A stretch of DNA of 42,777 nt. Source: Candidatus Moraniibacteriota bacterium (GTDB lineage Bacteria > Patescibacteriota > Minisyncoccia > JAHIHE01 > JAGLIN01). This document shows, piece by piece, positions 9,326-19,805 of the stretch. Below the pieces are notes generated by a model that was given only the letters and a program-made list of their open reading frames with translations, made no database searches and was not told the DNA's origin. The translations under genes and the position numbers were made by a program. Position 1 is the stretch's first letter, and each line of letters starts with the position of its first letter. The stretch spans positions 1-42,777 of the forward strand of contig DAOWDS010000020.1 in NCBI GenBank assembly GCA_030638895.1. The letters run 5' to 3'.

Positions 9326-10516
9326 TTGGCTGAAGTTGCTCAAAAAAACAAAACAGGGCTTTTTTGTAAGCTTTTTTCTTATTTTAGGAGCTATGTTACT
9401 GTATTTACAGTGATTTTTTTATTGGTTGCGGTATCTGTAATAAACTCTGAATCTAAAAATAATTTTCAAAACGGAAATATTTTATTTTCTCAACTGGAAG
9501 AAATGGGAGGAAGCGACGATAGCAAAACTATAATTATAAAAAGTATAGCAGTAAAAGACATACAAGACGATGAGGACAAGCACATTCCTATAGCTAAAAT
9601 TGCCAGCGCAGATTCCAGCATTATGGGAGATCTAAATAATTTTTTAGAAGATGACGAGGAAATAAATAAATCAAGTACTGTCAATATTGAATTTGGACTC
9701 GCTTCCTGGACTCTTTATGGAGGAAGTTCTCTTTTAGCTCCTAGTGTGTATTATGACGAATCGCTTGCTGACGACCTTAAATATGGCATAACAGAATACA
9801 TAGTAAAATCTGGAGACACTCCCAGCTCTATTGCCACGTCTTTTGGAATTTCAACTTATACAGTTCTTTGGGCAAATAATTTAAAAGTCGGCGATTATAT
9901 AAAGCCAAATCAGAAATTGGAAATTTTGCCTGTTACGGGAGTAAAGCATATAGTAAAGCCGGGAGACGCTATAGAAGCTATTGCTAAAAAATACGAAGCT
10001 GATACTGAAGAAATAATAGTTTTTAACAATCTTAATGCTGATGGTATTTTTAAGGAAGGAACAGAAGGGAAAACGCTCATCATTCCGAATGGAGCAATTG
10101 AAGCGCCAGTAGTGATAAGAGTAGCTCCTACTCCGAGAACAACAAATGGTACAATCGTTTCTTCGTCAAAATATAAAACATCTGGATTTTATAATCCACT
10201 GAACAGTCATAGATTTGCTTATGGACATTGCACATATTATGTAGCTAGTAAAATATATATTCCATGGGGCGGACATGCCAAATCCTGGCTTGCAAATTCA
10301 AGAGCTTACGGATATAAAACAGGAAATACGCCTGTAGTAGGATCAATAGTTGTTACAACAGAACATAGGTGGTATGGACATGTAGGCTTAGTTGAAGCTG
10401 TAACCGGAAACAGCATTACTATTTCTGAAATGAATTATGTAGGTTGGAATAGAAAAAGCGTTAGAGTTATATCTACCAACAGCCCAGTCATAAGAGGATA
10501 TATTTACATAAAGTAA
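9326..10516 (+). CDS. Secreted/membrane-anchored peptidoglycan hydrolase, 2x LysM + C-terminal CHAP domain
   Basis: TTG start and N-terminal TM helix. LysM repeats (YIVKSGDTPSSIATSFGIS..., HIVKPGDAIEAIAKKYEAD...). CHAP-like YGHCTYYVA...GHVGLVEAV. Confidence 0.8.
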   Translation: MAEVAQKNKTGLFCKLFSYFRSYVTVFTVIFLLVAVSVINSESKNNFQNGNILFSQLEEMGGSDDSKTIIIKSIAVKDIQDDEDKHIPIAKIASADSSIMGDLNNFLEDDEEINKSSTVNIEFGLASWTLYGGSSLLAPSVYYDESLADDLKYGITEYIVKSGDTPSSIATSFGISTYTVLWANNLKVGDYIKPNQKLEILPVTGVKHIVKPGDAIEAIAKKYEADTEEIIVFNNLNADGIFKEGTEGKTLIIPNGAIEAPVVIRVAPTPRTTNGTIVSSSKYKTSGFYNPLNSHRFAYGHCTYYVASKIYIPWGGHAKSWLANSRAYGYKTGNTPVVGSIVVTTEHRWYGHVGLVEAVTGNSITISEMNYVGWNRKSVRVISTNSPVIRGYIYIK

Positions 10517-10736
10517 GCCAAAACATTAAAACATTTTTTAAAAGCAGTTCTTCTACAGCGCTGTTTTATTTTTATTTATTAGTGTCGTTATTAGCTTATC
10601 AAATATTTTCACAAATTAAATCGGTTTTATAATAATAGCCTTGAACATACTGCAACAACCTAACCGTCTTGCGTTTTCTTGAAATTTTTGTTATAAGTTA
10701 TATGTTATAAGTTATTAGTTGTCTAGGGCTCGTAGT

Positions 10737-10810
10737 GGGTGTATAGCTCAGTTGGTTAGAGCGCTACCTCGACACGGTAGAGGTCTCCTGTTCAAATCAG
10801 GATACACCCA
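10737..10810 (+). tRNA. tRNA-Val (GAC)
   Basis: GGGTGTATAGCTCAGTTGGTTAGAGC...; anticodon loop TCGACAC; T-loop TTCAAAT; acceptor GGGTGTA/TACACCC. Confidence 0.9.
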
Positions 10811-10907
10811 CCCAGAAGGAGCGGGATTGACACAGTAGAGGCTAGAAGTTCGAATTTTCTCTGGTCCACTTTTTTAAAACACTTCCAAAATGAATCGGAA
10901 TCTAAAA

Positions 10908-10933
10908 AAGCAGACACTTCGTGCCTGCTTTTT
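10908..10933. terminator. Bidirectional intrinsic terminator (tRNA-Val / GH15 gene)
   Basis: Stem GCAGACAC/GTGCCTGC, loop TTC, flanked by an A6 run upstream and a T5 run downstream. Confidence 0.6.
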
Positions 10934-11076
10934 AATTGGAGAATTAAATATGTCAGGACTTATATGTTTGCAGGTGTCCGACACCTTAAATACGGCAAAC
11001 GTGTAAGTCGTAATATAATTAATAAATACAATTAGTTGAGGAAAAAGGTTTAATAATTAATACTATATATCGCATA

Positions 11077-12144
11077 CTAAATATACCCCAGCTTTTTTGA
11101 GGCTATTACAAACATAGCATGTGACCAACAAAGAGGAGAAACAGCTATTTGTATTTTATTATTAAAAATCTGTTCAGGAATATATTTTTTATTTCCTAGA
11201 TCATTTAAAACTTTGTTGTAATACTCCAGCGCTTTCTTTTTGTTGTTTATTTCTAAATAATAAATAGTCATCCAGAAATTTAAAAGAGGCCAATATCCCG
11301 AGCCTTTTTTTCTATGTATATTTTTATTATACATCCATCCGTCATATATATCATTTTCGTATCTATACACCCTACCTTTCTTAACAATTTTTTCTTCAAT
11401 AAGTTTTACTGTTTTCTTCATCCTTTTATCATTCGCGCTTAATATTTTTGACGGCCAAGCAAGACCCAGCAATGAAGCATCCATTTTTTTATCATTTATT
11501 TTTCCAAAAGAACAATAAAAGTGATCTTTGAAATTTTTTAATAAAGTATTTTTCATCTCATTTGAAATTTTTAGCCATTTTTTATTTGGAATTAATTCAT
11601 TCGCGCAAGATAAGCCTTTATAGCAAATAGCAAGTGAATAGATAAAATTTTCTTTAAGATCTGGAAAACAAAATCTATCTTCCCATAAATTCTGAGTTAA
11701 TAAATTAAAATGATTTTTGTCCCATATTTTACATAAACCATTCGCCGATTTCTGAATAAGTTTTTCAAATTTTTTACAATCTTTTTTATTATTTTTATAA
11801 TAATGATATATTGCCATTAAAACGCTTCCAGTTTGATCGGGCTGAAAATGCTGCTGCAATTTTTTACCATTAATAAAATAATTTTGATAAAATAAGCCCG
11901 TTTTTTCCCAATCTTCAGCTTTCATGCACCATTTGAAAAATTTTTCTTGAATATCTATCCCAAGTATGCTTCCAGCGCTACAAATATACATAGCGTCTCT
12001 TGGCCAGACAAATTTATAATAATTTGCTTCTTTTGGAAAATATGGTTTAGTAGAATTTACGGCAACAATCGCGCCATTTGGAAATGAGCAGTCTTTTATA
12101 ACTTCTTCGCTAGCCTTTAATAATCTTAATATTTGTTTTTTCAT
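11077..12144 (-). CDS. Glycoside hydrolase family 15 (glucoamylase-related) protein
   Basis: 355 aa; FVWPRDAMYI and NLWEDRF motifs resemble the GH15 catalytic-domain signatures. Confidence 0.75.
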   Translation of the reverse strand: MKKQILRLLKASEEVIKDCSFPNGAIVAVNSTKPYFPKEANYYKFVWPRDAMYICSAGSILGIDIQEKFFKWCMKAEDWEKTGLFYQNYFINGKKLQQHFQPDQTGSVLMAIYHYYKNNKKDCKKFEKLIQKSANGLCKIWDKNHFNLLTQNLWEDRFCFPDLKENFIYSLAICYKGLSCANELIPNKKWLKISNEMKNTLLKNFKDHFYCSFGKINDKKMDASLLGLAWPSKILSANDKRMKKTVKLIEEKIVKKGRVYRYENDIYDGWMYNKNIHRKKGSGYWPLLNFWMTIYYLEINNKKKALEYYNKVLNDLGNKKYIPEQIFNNKIQIAVSPLCWSHAMFVIASKKLGYI

Positions 12145-12243
12145 AATATATTTGTAATAAATTTTAATATCCGCGAATAAAAAAAGTTTTTGAGAAAAAG
12201 TTAGTTAGTATTTGTTAGTCCAAAGTTAAAATATTAAAATGAT

Positions 12244-12996
12244 TTAATGCGCGTGTCCGAAAATATTTGTTAAAATAAAAATTACAGCAACTCCGGATAT
12301 CAAAGCCATAGATTGTATAATAATATTTTTTTTATTTGTCTCTTTGTGGATTTCTGGAATCAAATCAGCGGTAGCTATATATATAAATCCTCCTCCGGCA
12401 ATAGCAAGAATAAATGGAATTAAATTTTCTATGCTGTTTATAAAAAAGAAGGCTGCTATTACTCCCAATACCGCAAAAAGCGCTGAAATAAAATTAAATA
12501 ATAATGCTTTAGCTCTGCTAAATCCTCCGTGAATCAATATTGCAAAATCTCCAATTTCCTGCGGAATTTCATGGGCTGTGATTGCAAAAGTCGCGGTAAT
12601 GCCCAGCGGAACACTTACTGCAAAACTTGCCGCTATTAAGGCTCCATCAACAAAATTATGAATCGCGTCTCCTGCTAAATTCAAATATGTCATCGGGTGA
12701 TAATGTTTTTTACAATTGTCTTTATGGCAGTGGTGCCAATAAATATACCTTTCCATCATAAAAAATATCATAAGCCCAAGAAAAACATATGCAAATATAT
12801 TTTTTTCTCCATGCGCAATCGCTTCTGGCAGTATTTCAAAAAAAGCGGCTCCTAAAAGAGATCCAGCCGCGAAAGCGACAAGAATAAGTATAATTTTATC
12901 TAAAAATTTTTTCTTTAAAGAAATTGTAAAAAGTCCAACAAGTGAAATCGCGCTAACTGCGAGAACTGCCACAATGGCATAGATAAACTCATTCAT
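12244..12996 (-). CDS. ZIP family divalent metal (zinc) transporter
   Basis: 250 aa, about 8 TM; HEIPQEIGDFAILI signature and a His-rich loop (HHCHKDNCKKHYH). Confidence 0.85.
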   Translation of the reverse strand: MNEFIYAIVAVLAVSAISLVGLFTISLKKKFLDKIILILVAFAAGSLLGAAFFEILPEAIAHGEKNIFAYVFLGLMIFFMMERYIYWHHCHKDNCKKHYHPMTYLNLAGDAIHNFVDGALIAASFAVSVPLGITATFAITAHEIPQEIGDFAILIHGGFSRAKALLFNFISALFAVLGVIAAFFFINSIENLIPFILAIAGGGFIYIATADLIPEIHKETNKKNIIIQSMALISGVAVIFILTNIFGHAH

Positions 12997-13024
12997 TTTA
13001 TTTGTTTAATTATTAATAAATTAT

Positions 13025-14236
13025 TTACGCTTCAGATATGACATCAAACACTCCAGCTTTTGCACTTCCTGTAATTGTAAAAGCATATACTCTTTGTGCC
13101 ATGTTTTGCGAGATAATCTTTTTTGCTGTTTCATTAAGAGTTGATCCCGAACCAGTTACATCATCTATAAGTAAAATATTTTTATATTTCTGCTCGCTAG
13201 CCGCGATAATTGTTTTTTTGGCATTTAATATCCTGTCTTCTATTTTTTTTAAACTTTTTTGTTGAATAGGAATGAGAGTTTTTACTTTTGAAAAAGCAAT
13301 TTTATCACACGGAACTTGTAGTTGCTCCATAATAAATGTCATTAGTTGTGTTTTTCGCGCAACAGTTGGAGGAATAAATATCACACAATCAATATGATAT
13401 TGAGTAATAATGAAAGCTACACTTTTTTGTATTTTTTCGACAATTTTTTTCATTAATACTTGATTTGCATGGCCCGATTTTGCTGTTCGAACCATTTGAC
13501 TTAAGGCTGTTTTTCCAAAAACTGGCAAAGCATCAAAATCACGATGAAATAGTTTTTCTATATATACGCCATTGTTAAAAATATAATGTAATTTTTCTGT
13601 AGCATCAATCATTAGTACCCCTGTTTGATCATCATAATACTTTTTTCGCGTGTTGACGTATTCTTCTGCGAGATTTCCAATATCTTTTCTGCCAGATTTA
13701 TTCTTTGCCCAATATAAAAAACCTAGTATGCCTTTTAATAGTCGTCCTTCTGGAGTTGTATAAATATAATATTTCTCAATAATATTTTTTTGTTCTAGCG
13801 AAAAAATATTATTGTCTTTTTGTGACATGTATGTGTAGATAATCTTTTTTGGTGGCGATCCAAACTTATTAAGAATATCCTCATCAACAAATTTTTTCAC
13901 ATATTTTTTTGCTGAACTTATACCTACATCCCATACACGCGCTAAATCATTTATAGTTACTTGCTCAATATATTCGAAAAGAAAAGCCAACGCTTTATCA
14001 TTTATGGCAAGTTTGTATTTCACATTCGAGCCTTTTTTTGCAGTCTTTTTTAAAATATTATTATCAACGAGTTTACGCAGTATCTTTCCGATACCTTCAC
14101 GAGAAAGAGTACTGCTTTTATTAATATCAGAAATGGCAAATATACCAGTATTTACTAGTTTGTTAATAATTATTTTATGTTGTTTGTTTTTATCTTCCAT
14201 ATTATCCATTGTACTATAGAAAAAATTCTTTGTCAA
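13025..14236 (-). CDS. Winged-HTH domains fused to a ComF-family phosphoribosyltransferase domain
   Basis: C-terminal PRTase motif NILLIDDVTGSGSTLNE and ComF-like DCVIFIPP...R. N-terminal HTH-like repeats. The true start may be ATG 14209 or ATG 14200, because the TTG at 14236 is part of a TTGACA -35 box. Confidence 0.7.
   Translation of the reverse strand: MTKNFFYSTMDNMEDKNKQHKIIINKLVNTGIFAISDINKSSTLSREGIGKILRKLVDNNILKKTAKKGSNVKYKLAINDKALAFLFEYIEQVTINDLARVWDVGISSAKKYVKKFVDEDILNKFGSPPKKIIYTYMSQKDNNIFSLEQKNIIEKYYIYTTPEGRLLKGILGFLYWAKNKSGRKDIGNLAEEYVNTRKKYYDDQTGVLMIDATEKLHYIFNNGVYIEKLFHRDFDALPVFGKTALSQMVRTAKSGHANQVLMKKIVEKIQKSVAFIITQYHIDCVIFIPPTVARKTQLMTFIMEQLQVPCDKIAFSKVKTLIPIQQKSLKKIEDRILNAKKTIIAASEQKYKNILLIDDVTGSGSTLNETAKKIISQNMAQRVYAFTITGSAKAGVFDVISEA
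14208..14236 (-). promoter_or_regulatory. Near-consensus promoter for the wHTH-PRTase gene
   Basis: Minus strand: TTGACA (14236-14231), 17 bp spacer, TACAAT (14213-14208). ATG at 14200 lies 7 nt after the -10, so the mRNA may be leaderless. Confidence 0.55.
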
Positions 14237-14267
14237 TGCTTATTTTTGAGCTTGTTCTAGCGATATT

Positions 14268-14364
14268 CTATAGTACGCATTGTACTATAAGTAAAAATAA
14301 GCTAAAATTCTTACTTTTTAGTTTATTTGAGCAATAATCTATAGTATGTATTATGCTATAGATT
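14268..14364. promoter_or_regulatory. Palindromic CTATAGTAC operator-like sites
   Basis: CTATAGTAC-GCAT-TGTACTATA at 14268-14289; AATCTATAG-N11-CTATAGATT at 14336-14364. A further CTATAGTACA copy lies inside the promoter spacer/-10 (14211-14220). Confidence 0.5.
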
Positions 14365-14536
14365 ATTGTTATTATATGCTTTTACGTGAGCGAATTTACC
14401 CGCCCGTCTGGCAGGCAGGTAATCCGTTTCTTTTGTTTTTAAATCTTACAAATATTATTTGCTTGAGAAACATTAGAAATTGTTTGCAAAACAGTTCAAG
14501 CGAGAAATGGCAACGAAACAGCCAATTAGCTGCATT

Positions 14537-14842
14537 TTATTCAAATTCAGCTCTTAATTTTATGCCTTTTGTAATTTTTAAAAATAGTTTAAAAGGCAAA
14601 AAAGAGAATAATCCAAATAATAATCCCGTTAGCAGTGTTAATATCGGAGCAAAAAATATATTAACGACACCAGAAGATATTCCTGTTAATTGAATTGGTC
14701 CTAAATTTGTATATACATTACCGCCTAAAAGAGCTATAACGAACATGAGCAGTCCCATAGCTACGCCTAATCCAAAAGACATGCTACAAGACAATTTAAT
14801 ATAAGAACCAAATTTAATTTGTAAAAGGTTTTTTTCTTCCAT
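14537..14842 (-). CDS. Small hypothetical membrane protein (about 3 TM)
   Basis: 101 aa with hydrophobic segments; no recognised family. Confidence 0.5.
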   Translation of the reverse strand: MEEKNLLQIKFGSYIKLSCSMSFGLGVAMGLLMFVIALLGGNVYTNLGPIQLTGISSGVVNIFFAPILTLLTGLLFGLFSFLPFKLFLKITKGIKLRAEFE

Positions 14843-15073
14843 AATTTTTTAAATTAAAAAGTAATTTTTTTCAACAAACTGTTACTTAATTATTTTATCT
14901 AACAAGTTATATTCTATCCCAGTGATTCGACCCAATCACTAAGTTAAAAATTTTTATCTGCAAAATATAAAAAATAGCAAAAAATTTGTCTTAACACTTA
15001 TTTTATTATATTGTATATATAATACAGTTGATTGGCAAATAAAGAAGCAACCAGTTATGGTTGCAATAATTTA

Positions 15074-15256
15074 TTATTGTTTTGCTTTGACAATCATATT
15101 CGGTTGCTGTGAAGCGTCTATCTGAAGTTCAACTCCAGTAGAGCCCTTTTTTTCTATTACTGAAGCGCCTATGATTTTCACTTCAAAAAAAGAATTATTA
15201 GCGTCACCAGTTCCAATAATTGTTGCTTCAATTAAAACAGATTGTCCTTTTTTCAT
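15074..15256 (-). CDS. Small hypothetical protein (60 aa)
   Basis: Very strong SD AAAGGAGGAGGAGGAAATAGC before the ATG. A hairpin GCAACC...GGTTGC lies just downstream. Confidence 0.55.
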   Translation of the reverse strand: MKKGQSVLIEATIIGTGDANNSFFEVKIIGASVIEKKGSTGVELQIDASQQPNMIVKAKQ

Positions 15257-15326
15257 GCTATTTCCTCCTCCTCCTTTTTTAAGCTATACTTGTTAGTGTA
15301 AACAAATTTAATTTTTTGTCAATTTA

Positions 15327-16286
15327 ATGAATCCTAAAAAAATCAAAATAAACTCCGCTCAATCAAGCCAAAGGACAGATAAATTTTTGGCTGGTTTTTA
15401 TGTTAAAAAATCACGAGCGAGTTGGCAGAAAAAAATTAAAAGTGAAAAAGTTTTAATCAATAAGAAAAGAGTAAAGCCAGATTATATCTTAAAAGAAGGC
15501 GATGAAGTTGAAATTCTATCAATATCTCAACTGCCCATAGCCACTCCTTATCTAAAGATAGGAAAAATTGAAATTCCACAAATTGAAATTATTTATGAAG
15601 ATGATAATGTTATTGTGATAGACAAGCCGGCAGGAGTTTTGTCTCAAAACGCGGAATCCAGTGAAAGTCCGTCTGTTGCTGATTTTCTAGTTAAGTATCT
15701 TCCAAAAATAAGAGAGATTGGTCAAGATGAGCAAAGATTTGGCGCAGTTCATCGATTAGATAAAGATACTTCTGGCGTGATGGTCGTTGCAAAAAATAAT
15801 AATAGTTTTGAATTTTTAAAAGATCAATTCAAAAACAGAAAAACTCAAAAAACATATACAACATTAGTTTATGGAATTATCTCGCCGAAAGAAGGTATGA
15901 TAAATCTAAAAATTGGCAGATCTAAAACAAACCCGCTAATGCAAACCGTAATAAATACAAAAAAAAAGGAAGCTATAAAATCAAGAGAGGCTGTCACTGT
16001 CTATAAAACAATTAAAACCCTTAAAAATTATTCTTTGCTTGAGGGTTCTCCAAAAACAGGGCGAATGCATCAAATCAGAGTTCATCTGAAAGCCTTAGGA
16101 TATCCAGTGGTTGGTGATAAAAAATATTTTTTCAGAAAATATAGCAAGATTGAGCCAAAAATAAACAGACAATTCCTGCATGCCAGTAAACTTGAAATAT
16201 CATTGCCAAATAATACAAAAACTAATTTTAAGTCTAAGCTTCCCAAAGACCTTAAGAAATTTTTAGATAAAATAAGCATGCAATAA
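15327..16286 (+). CDS. rluD: RluA-family 23S rRNA pseudouridine synthase with N-terminal S4 domain
   Basis: Catalytic motif HRLDKDTSGVMVVAK; C-terminal TGRMHQIRVHL. Confidence 0.85.
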   Translation: MNPKKIKINSAQSSQRTDKFLAGFYVKKSRASWQKKIKSEKVLINKKRVKPDYILKEGDEVEILSISQLPIATPYLKIGKIEIPQIEIIYEDDNVIVIDKPAGVLSQNAESSESPSVADFLVKYLPKIREIGQDEQRFGAVHRLDKDTSGVMVVAKNNNSFEFLKDQFKNRKTQKTYTTLVYGIISPKEGMINLKIGRSKTNPLMQTVINTKKKEAIKSREAVTVYKTIKTLKNYSLLEGSPKTGRMHQIRVHLKALGYPVVGDKKYFFRKYSKIEPKINRQFLHASKLEISLPNNTKTNFKSKLPKDLKKFLDKISMQ

Positions 16287-16354
16287 TATTTTTTGACTTT
16301 TACGCCCTAAAAAGTTAAAATTATATTAAACTAACAATTTAGCAATATCATTAT

Positions 16355-19000
16355 ATGATAAATCCAAATAAATTTACAACAAAATCACAAGAAGCGATTG
16401 CTTCTGCTCATTCAATCGCATTAGATCGTAATCAACAACAGGTTGACGCTCTTCATCTTCTTCTCGCTCTTTTAACTCAAGAAGGAGGTGTTGTTTCATC
16501 AATTCTTAACAAACTTGATGTTCAAATAAATTTTATAGAATCAGAAGTTGAAGCAGAAATTAAGAGCATTCAAAAAATTCAATCACCTTCTCAAGCAACA
16601 GGACAGGTATACCTCACTCCATATCTTGGACAAGTTCTTGAAAATTCACAAAAAGAAGCAAATAAACTAAAAGACGATTTTATAAGCACGGAACATATAC
16701 TGCTTGCGATGACTGAGGTTAATGGTGTTATAAAAAATATTCTTGAAAAGTTCAATGTAAATTATGAAAATATTTTAAAAGTTCTTGTTGATGTAAGAGG
16801 TTCTCAAAGAGTATCTGATAGCGAGCCAGAAAGTAAATTTCAAGTTCTTAAAAAATACGCGCAAAATCTAACAAAGCTTGCCAAAGAAGAAAAGCTTGAT
16901 CCAGTAATTGGAAGAGATGAAGAAATCAGAAGAGTTATGCAGGTAATTTCAAGAAGAACAAAAAATAATCCTGTTTTAATCGGTGAAGCAGGAACGGGAA
17001 AAACTGCCATTGTCGAAGGACTTGCGCAACGAATTGTGACTGGAGATGTTCCAGAATCTTTAAAGAATAAAGACTTAGTTTCTCTTGATTTGGGCTCTTT
17101 GATCGCAGGTACAAAATTTCGCGGTGAGTTTGAGGAAAGGCTAAAAGCAGTATTAAAAGAAATTGAAAGCTCCATGGGGAAAACAATACTTTTTATTGAT
17201 GAACTGCATACACTTGTTGGAGCTGGCGCTTCAGAAGGTTCAATGGACGCTTCAAATATGCTTAAACCTCTTCTTGCAAGAGGAAAACTGCATACTATTG
17301 GAGCAACAACTCTCAAGGAATATCAGAAATATATTGAAAAAGACGCTGCGTTTGAAAGAAGATTCCAGCCTGTCTATGTTAAAGAACCAAGTATTGAAGA
17401 CACAATCTCAATTCTTAGAGGAATAAAAGAAAAATATGAAGTTCATCACGGAGTGAGAATTACGGACTCCGCGCTTGTCAGCGCCGCGAATTTATCATCT
17501 AAATATGTTTCTGACAGATTTCTTCCTGACAAGGCTGTTGATTTAATTGATGAAGCGGCATCGTCGCTTAGAATGGAAATTGACAGTATGCCGGCAGAAC
17601 TTGATAAAATGAAAAGAGAAACACGCAGGTTTGAAATTGAAAAAAAAGCTCTTAAAAAAGAAAAAGATAGGGAATCTCAAGAAAGATTAAAGGAATTAGA
17701 AAAAACAATCGCAGATTTAAAAGAAAAAAGTAAAGACATAGAAATTCAATGGAAAAATGAAAAAGAAATAATTTCAAAAATTAGAATCTCTACAAAAGAA
17801 ATAGATAAACTCAAGCAAGAAGCTGAAATTGCTGACAGGAACGCGGAATTACAAAAGGTAGCTGAAATCAGATATGGCAAAATTCCTAATCTTGAAAAAA
17901 ATATCAAGACAGAAAAAACAAGACTTTTAAAAATTCAAGGAGAAAGGCCGATTCTTAAAGAAGAAGTGGACGATGAAGATATTGCAAAAGTAGTTTCGCG
18001 CTGGACCGGCATACCAGCGAATAAAATGATGCAAGAAGAATCTCAAAAACTTTCTTATATGGAAGAAAGTCTATCTAAAAGAGTTATTGGGCAAAAAGAA
18101 GCTATAAAAGTTGTATCAAACGCTGTTAGAAGAAGCCGTGCCGGAATTTCTGAAGAAAATAAGCCTATCGGTTCATTTATTTTTATGGGGCCTACTGGAG
18201 TCGGCAAGACGGAACTTGCAAAAGCGCTGGCAGAATTTATGTTTGATAGTGAAGACGCGATTATCAGAATTGATATGAGCGAATATATGGAACGACACGC
18301 AGTCGCAAAAATGATTGGTTCTCCTCCTGGATATGTTGGATTTGAAGAAGGAGGTCAATTGACTGAACAAGTTCGCAGAAGGCCTTATAGTGTAATTCTT
18401 TTTGATGAAATTGAAAAAGCTCATCCGGAAGTTTTTAATATTTTCTTGCAAATCCTAGATAATGGAAGATTAACTGATGCGAAAGGAAGAGTTGTAAACT
18501 TTAAAAATTCAATAATCATTATGACCTCAAATATTGGAAATGAAGTCATTGAGAAATATTCATTATCTAGACTCATTAATCGTGATAGTAAAAAAACCGT
18601 AAAAGAGAAAGAATTTGAAAATAAAATTAAATCAGAGCTAAAAAATTATTTCAAGCCGGAATTTTTGAACCGTATTGATGAAACAGTAATTTTTCATTCT
18701 CTGTCTGAAAAAGAAATATCGAAAATTTTTGATCTTCAATTTAAAATTCTTTCAAACAGGCTTGCAAAACAAAATATAAAAATTAAAATTACCGATAAAG
18801 CAAAAAAATTAATATCAAAAAAAGGATACGAACCGTCTTTTGGCGCAAGGCCTCTTAAAAGAGCTATTCAAAACGAAATTCTTGATGAATTAGCGCTTCA
18901 AATTATTGAAGAGAGAATAAAAGAAGGCGATGTGATTGTTATTGATTCAATAAAAGATAAGATTATTTTAAATAGTAATAAAATGAATGAAAAAAAATAA
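16355..19000 (+). CDS. clpB: ATP-dependent chaperone ClpB
   Basis: 881 aa with two AAA+ modules ([18 protein letters not shown]), a Clp N-domain and a long coiled-coil middle domain. Confidence 0.95.
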   Translation: MINPNKFTTKSQEAIASAHSIALDRNQQQVDALHLLLALLTQEGGVVSSILNKLDVQINFIESEVEAEIKSIQKIQSPSQATGQVYLTPYLGQVLENSQKEANKLKDDFISTEHILLAMTEVNGVIKNILEKFNVNYENILKVLVDVRGSQRVSDSEPESKFQVLKKYAQNLTKLAKEEKLDPVIGRDEEIRRVMQVISRRTKNNPVLIGEAGTGKTAIVEGLAQRIVTGDVPESLKNKDLVSLDLGSLIAGTKFRGEFEERLKAVLKEIESSMGKTILFIDELHTLVGAGASEGSMDASNMLKPLLARGKLHTIGATTLKEYQKYIEKDAAFERRFQPVYVKEPSIEDTISILRGIKEKYEVHHGVRITDSALVSAANLSSKYVSDRFLPDKAVDLIDEAASSLRMEIDSMPAELDKMKRETRRFEIEKKALKKEKDRESQERLKELEKTIADLKEKSKDIEIQWKNEKEIISKIRISTKEIDKLKQEAEIADRNAELQKVAEIRYGKIPNLEKNIKTEKTRLLKIQGERPILKEEVDDEDIAKVVSRWTGIPANKMMQEESQKLSYMEESLSKRVIGQKEAIKVVSNAVRRSRAGISEENKPIGSFIFMGPTGVGKTELAKALAEFMFDSEDAIIRIDMSEYMERHAVAKMIGSPPGYVGFEEGGQLTEQVRRRPYSVILFDEIEKAHPEVFNIFLQILDNGRLTDAKGRVVNFKNSIIIMTSNIGNEVIEKYSLSRLINRDSKKTVKEKEFENKIKSELKNYFKPEFLNRIDETVIFHSLSEKEISKIFDLQFKILSNRLAKQNIKIKITDKAKKLISKKGYEPSFGARPLKRAIQNEILDELALQIIEERIKEGDVIVIDSIKDKIILNSNKMNEKK

Positions 19001-19793
19001 TCTTATCATTTTAAAAATCGGAGGATCTGTAATTACCGACAAAGAACATAATAGAAAAAGAATAAACAAGAAAAATTTAAAAAGAATAGCAAAAGAGATT
19101 GCGCAGGCTAAAAATAAAAATGGTTTTTCTTTAATTATTGTTCATGGCGCGGGAACTTTTGGACATAAAATAGCAAAAAAATTTAATTTGCATCAAGGTT
19201 ATAAAAATAATCTTCAAATAAAAGCTATTTCTGATTTATGTTTAGATTTAAAAAAATTAAATATTGAAGTTATAAAATATTTGAAAAAAGAAGGTATTGA
19301 AGCAATAACCTTTAAGCAATCATCTGCATGGCAACTGTCCAATGGCAGATTAGAAAATTATAATTTAGAAATAATAAGAAATTATCTTAGCTTAAATTTA
19401 ACACCTGTTCTTTTTGGAGATATTCTTGTAGATAAAAAACTTAAGTTTAGTATTTTATCAGGAGATCAAATCATATATCGTCTTGCCAAAAAACTTACAG
19501 TAAATAAAGTGATAGTGGGAACAGATATAGATGGTATTTTTAATTGTAATCCTAAAACAAATAAAAGAGCTAAGTTAATCAAAAAAGTAAATGGTAAAAA
19601 TATAAACAACTTTCTAATAGAAAATTCAACATCAATAGACGTAACAAGAGGCATGAATGGGAAAGTATGCGAATTAATAAATCTTGCAAAATCAGGAACA
19701 GAATCAGAAATAATAAACATAACCAAATCAAACATATTGAAAAAAGCATTACTTGGACAAAATGGACTTGGGACAATTATAAAAACAAATTAG
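18987..19793 (+). CDS. Isopentenyl phosphate kinase (amino-acid kinase fold)
   Basis: [27 protein letters not shown] and SIDVTRGM match archaeal IPK motifs. Overlaps the clpB stop by 14 nt. Confidence 0.75.
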   Translation: MKKNNLIILKIGGSVITDKEHNRKRINKKNLKRIAKEIAQAKNKNGFSLIIVHGAGTFGHKIAKKFNLHQGYKNNLQIKAISDLCLDLKKLNIEVIKYLKKEGIEAITFKQSSAWQLSNGRLENYNLEIIRNYLSLNLTPVLFGDILVDKKLKFSILSGDQIIYRLAKKLTVNKVIVGTDIDGIFNCNPKTNKRAKLIKKVNGKNINNFLIENSTSIDVTRGMNGKVCELINLAKSGTESEIINITKSNILKKALLGQNGLGTIIKTN

Positions 19794-19805
19794 CTTATAA
19801 TAAGA

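Noticed and set aside
14346-14693. 115-aa ORF on the + strand
   Set aside because: It starts inside the operator/promoter region of the divergent gene and overlaps the more plausible minus-strand membrane-protein ORF. It also contains a GC-rich repeat-like patch (14395-14425).
16840-18451. ORFs antisense to or overlapping clpB (16840-17316, 16935-17186, 17163-17426, 18173-18451)
   Set aside because: They lie entirely within the strongly supported clpB CDS and have no motifs or RBS.
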